A DNA stretch of 64,000 bases from Candidatus Colinaster equi (GTDB taxonomy: Bacteria; Bacillota; Clostridia; Lachnospirales; Lachnospiraceae), in contig JAGHVF010000012.1 of NCBI GenBank assembly GCA_018064425.1, positions 28,486 to 92,485 of the forward strand, in the 5' to 3' direction. The translations under genes and the position numbers were made by a program. Under the pieces are notes generated by a model. That model was not told the DNA's origin. It did not search any database and saw nothing but the letters and a program-made list of their open reading frames with translations. Below, piece after piece: positions 59,303-64,000 of this stretch (position 1 is the first letter of the stretch; each line of letters starts with the position of its first letter).

Positions 59303-59656
59303 CTATTTATCCTTATATGCATTGAAATTACTAATCGGAATATTGAATTTGTCCATCAGATTCTTGAGTGCCTCGCCCTTTATCTGATTGGCTTCCAACA
59401 CTTCCTTGGGATATGATGCTCCATTCTTATCCGTCCTGACATACATATAATCATAATATCTACTGGCAATATATCTCTTAATATCTTCCAATCTGTTATG
59501 GTCAATCTGCGCATCCACACCGCAATAATATGTTCCTGTATCCGGATCATATCTGCCAATATAGGTATCTTCTCTTTCATTAACCTTACGTCCCGTAAAG
59601 CTCTCATACAGAGCATTTACCATCTCGTCTCTAGATAATGTCTTGTTTTCTGCCAT
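59303..59656 (-). CDS. Hypothetical protein
   Basis: 117 aa, strong RBS GGGAGGT, no motif recognised. Confidence 0.7.
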   Translation of the reverse strand: MAENKTLSRDEMVNALYESFTGRKVNEREDTYIGRYDPDTGTYYCGVDAQIDHNRLEDIKRYIASRYYDYMYVRTDKNGASYPKEVLEANQIKGEALKNLMDKFNIPISNFNAYKDK

Positions 59657-59797
59657 ATTATACCTCCCTGATTCCTACATTCTCACAGCTATCCGTTCCG
59701 AATACATCTATCAATATTCCATAGCTTTTCGTAGTCCCACATTATTCGTACCCTAGTACTTATGCACCATTAATTTTACACTAAAATGTATCATTAT

Positions 59798-61567
59798 TCA
59801 ACATTTGAAGTCCCCGATAACATATTGAATATTACGTCTTCCTCTGAATTCATTTACCGCAGGATAATATATAATATCAATAAGCACATTCTTGCCCGAA
59901 CGATTACCTGACTTTATCAGATCATCCCATGTTCCCTCACCGTATTTTTCATCAATACAGTTCTTAAGTTCATCCACTTTTCTAAACAGTACACCGTCAA
60001 AATCGGTCGCATTTTCGCGCATGCGGATTTTCGCCATATTCTTCTCTTTACCCATCAAGCTTACACCGCAAACCATAATATTTTTCTGTGCAAAAACAGG
60101 CTTTGGATTACCGTTACCGAATGGTTCCAATATATCGAGCTGGTCAATCAAATCTTCGGTAACATACGACAGAGGCATAGGCACATCAATAGTGATTTTC
60201 TCAAACATATCCTCAATATTCATAGTACAATTGTCATTTATTGCTTCTATAAATCTATCCGGAGTCTCATCAACAAGTGTTAATCCCGCCGCCATGGCAT
60301 GTCCGCCGTACTTGGCAAAAAGCTGACCGCATTTAACCATCTCGTTATACATATGAAATCCTTCTATAGACCGACCAGAACCTTTTATACCCTCTTCGCC
60401 TTTTGTCAGAACAAAGCAGGGTCTGTAATACTTTTCGCGAATTCGTCCCGCAACAATGCCTGCAAGACTTTCATGCAAATCAGGTAAATATACTACCAGC
60501 ACCTTACTGTCTGCAAGATTATTATTCTCAATGTATTCAAAGGCATCCTTTATGCCCTGTTCTGTCATTGCTTTACGCAAATCATTTAGCTGCTTTAATT
60601 TGGTAGCCATCACTATGGCGTCTCTGTAATCATGTGATGATAATAATTCAATTGACGTATTTGCGTCATCCAATCGACCTGTGGCATTGAGACACGGACC
60701 GATAACAAAACCTAACTGATATACATTAATCGGCTTACTATCTATCTCACATACTTTTCTAAGCGCAGCAATGCCTATATTCATATGCTCTTCCATATTG
60801 GCAAGCGCCTGCTTTACAAGCACACGATTCTCATCGCATATATCCATAACATCACATACCGTACCTATCGCAGCCATATCTCTCATCATATCAAGCTCTT
60901 CCTGTGGCAACGGATGGCTTGCCGATAATGCCACAATAAGCTTATATGCAACCATTGCGCCACATATTCCGGTATACGGATATGTACTGTCGTCACGCTT
61001 TGGATTAATAATTGCGTCAGCATTGGGGTATATGTATTTCCTTTTTCCATCATTTTCCTCATACGGGACCTCATGATGGTCAGTAATAACAACCGTAATA
61101 CCGGACATTTTTGCCTTATCAATCACTGCTTTTGCCGCAATACCATTATCACAGGTTATGATTGTATCAACCCCCGCATTCACTGCTTCATCAATCAAAT
61201 GCTCATTAATACCGTAGCCGTCAGTAATACGATTGGGAATGGCATAATCTGCCAAAGCCCCCATGCGGCTTAATGCATTAAACAAAATATATGTGGATGT
61301 TATACCGTCCACATCATAATCACCGATTATACGAATGCGCTTTCCCAAGTCAATTTTGGATGAAATTATATTAACAGCCTTATCCATATCATTAAGTAAA
61401 AAAGGATCATGAAGCGTACATTTATCAGCCTCTATAAAACTTCGCATATCCTCAGCTGTCAAAAGTTCCCTGTTACGCATGATTCGCACTAACACCGGAT
61501 CAACATTAAGTTCTTTTGCAATTGTATCAAAATCAGCTCTTTTAGCCGCAACTACCCATTTAGACAT
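59798..61567 (-). CDS. recJ: ssDNA-specific exonuclease RecJ
   Basis: GDYDVDG, DGYG, TCDNG, TDHH, NATGRL, GSGRS, GGHAMAAG, LEPFG-x-GNP. Confidence 0.97.
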   Translation of the reverse strand: MSKWVVAAKRADFDTIAKELNVDPVLVRIMRNRELLTAEDMRSFIEADKCTLHDPFLLNDMDKAVNIISSKIDLGKRIRIIGDYDVDGITSTYILFNALSRMGALADYAIPNRITDGYGINEHLIDEAVNAGVDTIITCDNGIAAKAVIDKAKMSGITVVITDHHEVPYEENDGKRKYIYPNADAIINPKRDDSTYPYTGICGAMVAYKLIVALSASHPLPQEELDMMRDMAAIGTVCDVMDICDENRVLVKQALANMEEHMNIGIAALRKVCEIDSKPINVYQLGFVIGPCLNATGRLDDANTSIELLSSHDYRDAIVMATKLKQLNDLRKAMTEQGIKDAFEYIENNNLADSKVLVVYLPDLHESLAGIVAGRIREKYYRPCFVLTKGEEGIKGSGRSIEGFHMYNEMVKCGQLFAKYGGHAMAAGLTLVDETPDRFIEAINDNCTMNIEDMFEKITIDVPMPLSYVTEDLIDQLDILEPFGNGNPKPVFAQKNIMVCGVSLMGKEKNMAKIRMRENATDFDGVLFRKVDELKNCIDEKYGEGTWDDLIKSGNRSGKNVLIDIIYYPAVNEFRGRRNIQYVIGDFKC

Positions 61568-61588
61568 ATCTTTTTTACCTTTTTATAG

Positions 61589-61619
61589 AAAAAAAACATC
61601 GGAGCAAACTGCTCCGATG
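61589..61619 (-). terminator. Terminator after secDF
   Basis: CATCGGAGC/GCTCCGATG stem plus T8 on the minus strand. Confidence 0.85.
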
Positions 61620-61638
61620 CTCATAAATCATTGTAATA

Positions 61639-63900
61639 TTATTTGCTTGCCTTGGCAACAATCTTAGTACGGAATACATACCATAATGCACTTGCAAGAC
61701 ATACAGATGAATATGTACCACACACAATACCTACCATCAAAGGTAATGCAAATTCTCTGATAGATGTTACACCGAGAATGTAAAGTGCTGCAACCATGAT
61801 GAAGGTTGTGAGTGAAGTAAATATGCTTCGTGACATTGTCTGGTTGATACTCTTATCAGCCATATCCTTAAGCTCATCCTCGTTCTTGCTTTTGATTGTA
61901 GGAAGATTCTCTCTGATACGGTCGAATATAACGATTGTCGCATTAATTGAATAACCTACGATTGTAAGCATACATGCGATAAAGGTATTACCGACAGAGA
62001 TTCTTGCAAACGCATAGAACGCAAGAACAACAAGTACATCATGAAGCAAACAAAGTACGGAACTTCCGGCAAAACGAATATCTTTGAATCTGAACCAGAT
62101 ATATACAAGCATGCATACTGTAGCAACAACAATAGCTATAATAGCGTCGCTTCTCATCTCACTTGATATTGTAGATGAAATTGTCTCGGCTGTTATCTTC
62201 TCAGCATCTACGCCAAAGTTCTCAACGAGCGCATTGTTAAGAGCTTCTCTTTCTGTTACATCAAGAGTCTTAGTCTTAAATACAACTTCGTTCTTACCCT
62301 GAACCTTCTGAGGAAGTACTTCACTGTCTCCAATCACATCGGCAATTACAGGTACAACCTTGCTTTCAAGAACTTCAAGGCTCATATCTTCATTAAATGT
62401 TACGCTGGTAGATGTACCACCCTTGAACTCCATAGAGTAGTTAAGCAAATCATTACCTGAAGCCTTATTAACACCCATACATACAAAGCCTGCAATTATT
62501 ACAGCAGCAGAAATTACAAAGAAAGCAATTCTCTTTGAAATGAATTTGCCCGTCTTACGCTCTTTTGCCTTACCGTAAAGCTTCTCGTTCTTAAGACCGA
62601 GTGCATACAATGACTTAAGAATAAGCTTTGTAATAACAAGAGCAGTGAACATTGAAACAACAATACCGAGTCCAAGTGTCTGAGCAAAGCCCTTAACAGA
62701 ACCGGTTCCCATAATTCCAAGTACAAGTGCTGCGATAAGTGTAGTAATGTTACCATCCAAAATAGCCGATAAAGCTTTCTTAAATCCTATATCAATAGCC
62801 GATGCAACAGTCTTACCTGCCGCAATCTCTTCTCTGATACGGGCAAAGATAATAACGTCCGCATCTACGGCCATACCGATTGACAGGATAATACCTGCTA
62901 TACCGGGAAGAGTAAGTGTAATATTAAATGCACTGATTAAAAGTACAGTAAGTACTGTATAAATACTGAGTGCAATGATTGAAGCAAATCCGGGTAACCA
63001 ATATATAGCAATCATAAGTACTGCTACAATGGCAAAACCGATTGCTGCTGCCAAAAGCGATGTCTTAATTGCTTCCTGACCGAGCTGAGCACCTACAACA
63101 TTGGAACGAAGCTCTTCAAGTTCAAGCTTAAGTCCACCGATACGGATAGTACTTGCAAGTCTCTCTGCTTCTTCATATGTGAAGCTTCCCGAAATCTGAG
63201 CCTGTCCGTTAGTAATAGGCTCGTTAACATTAGGTGCGCTTACGATTGTTCCGTCATAATAGATACCGATTGACTCACCCTTGTTGAATGCATCTGTTGT
63301 TGCATCCGAGAATTTCTTACTTCCATCAGGTGTGAAATTAAGGCTTACAACAAACTGCTGATTGCTCATGCTGTCCTTATAGCTTGCTGCCTGTGCATCA
63401 GCTACATCTGTACCGGACATTACAACACTACCATCGGCAATAAGAGTATCAATATCCTTAGGCATATCGTAGATGATATCGCCTTCTTCGCTATATCCTA
63501 AAGGAGTATAGTTGAGATTACCCTCAGCATCTGTCTGCTTGATAAAATAAAGTGAACCGGGTTTACCAAGGTCCTCCAAAATGGAATTGGCATCAGACAC
63601 ACCCGGAATCTCAATATTGATTCTGTCTCCGCCTTCCGAATAAACAAGTGCCTCGGTACTATATCCTTCTACTCTCTTCTGGAGTTTATAGACTGTATCA
63701 GACAAATCTTCTTTACTTGGGTCTTCATCACCTACTACCTGATATGTGATGCTGACACCACCTGCAAGATCAAGACCCTGCTTAATGTTTTTTGCAGAAC
63801 CTGTACCTTCTGCATCCAATCCATACAGTGCTGTGTAGATACCACCTGCAAGCAATGCAAGCAATACACATAACCATATGATTGCCGAACTCTTTTTCAT
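61639..63900 (-). CDS. secDF: Fused protein translocase subunit SecDF
   Basis: GLDLAGG, LTLPGIAG, GMAVDA, DGNITT, EFKGG, HDV, GYSIN, FDRIREN, GTYSS. Confidence 0.96.
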   Translation of the reverse strand: MKKSSAIIWLCVLLALLAGGIYTALYGLDAEGTGSAKNIKQGLDLAGGVSITYQVVGDEDPSKEDLSDTVYKLQKRVEGYSTEALVYSEGGDRINIEIPGVSDANSILEDLGKPGSLYFIKQTDAEGNLNYTPLGYSEEGDIIYDMPKDIDTLIADGSVVMSGTDVADAQAASYKDSMSNQQFVVSLNFTPDGSKKFSDATTDAFNKGESIGIYYDGTIVSAPNVNEPITNGQAQISGSFTYEEAERLASTIRIGGLKLELEELRSNVVGAQLGQEAIKTSLLAAAIGFAIVAVLMIAIYWLPGFASIIALSIYTVLTVLLISAFNITLTLPGIAGIILSIGMAVDADVIIFARIREEIAAGKTVASAIDIGFKKALSAILDGNITTLIAALVLGIMGTGSVKGFAQTLGLGIVVSMFTALVITKLILKSLYALGLKNEKLYGKAKERKTGKFISKRIAFFVISAAVIIAGFVCMGVNKASGNDLLNYSMEFKGGTSTSVTFNEDMSLEVLESKVVPVIADVIGDSEVLPQKVQGKNEVVFKTKTLDVTEREALNNALVENFGVDAEKITAETISSTISSEMRSDAIIAIVVATVCMLVYIWFRFKDIRFAGSSVLCLLHDVLVVLAFYAFARISVGNTFIACMLTIVGYSINATIVIFDRIRENLPTIKSKNEDELKDMADKSINQTMSRSIFTSLTTFIMVAALYILGVTSIREFALPLMVGIVCGTYSSVCLASALWYVFRTKIVAKASK

Positions 63901-64000
63901 GACTTTTCCTCCCTATTTGCAGATTTCTTTTTTTCATCATGAATATGTGTGACGGTGCAATGTTCATTTGCGCACATCTTATGAAGTATACCACAAAAGC

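Overview
Chromosomal housekeeping region of an AT-rich Clostridia-type bacterium, most likely Lachnospiraceae (inferred from gene content and order). Almost all genes are on the minus strand: secDF-recJ, murE-priA-def-fmt-rsmB-rlmN-stp-pknB-rsgA, an amino-acid ABC importer, ychF, a compact dcw cluster (mraZ to ftsZ), pyrBI running into a folate operon and an M18 peptidase, a ppx-ppk1-maf operon, an ABC-F protein, groESL with CIRCE, a heterodimeric ABC exporter, apt-rel-MBL-hemZ, and the 5' part of hisS. I saw no rRNA, tRNA, CRISPR array, phage or IS element. The best candidate for a new system is an 89-aa gene (2188-2457, -) in an accessory islet between hemZ and hisS. It fuses a double-glycine (bacteriocin/PCAT-type) export leader to a stand-alone flagellin C-terminal D0 helix, the segment bound by FliS and sensed by NAIP/NLRC4. 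Other notable signals: a strongly over-represented palindrome TGACA-N4-TGTCA (7 perfect copies), a pyrL-like leader-peptide attenuator before pyrBI, an orphan structured leader before a TM1266-ECF S-component operon, a candidate C-rich sRNA, and a permuted solute-binding domain paired with an ATPase carrying an anti-sigma-like tail. Several start codons were moved from the ORF track to RBS-supported positions. All family calls are by motif recognition, with no database search.
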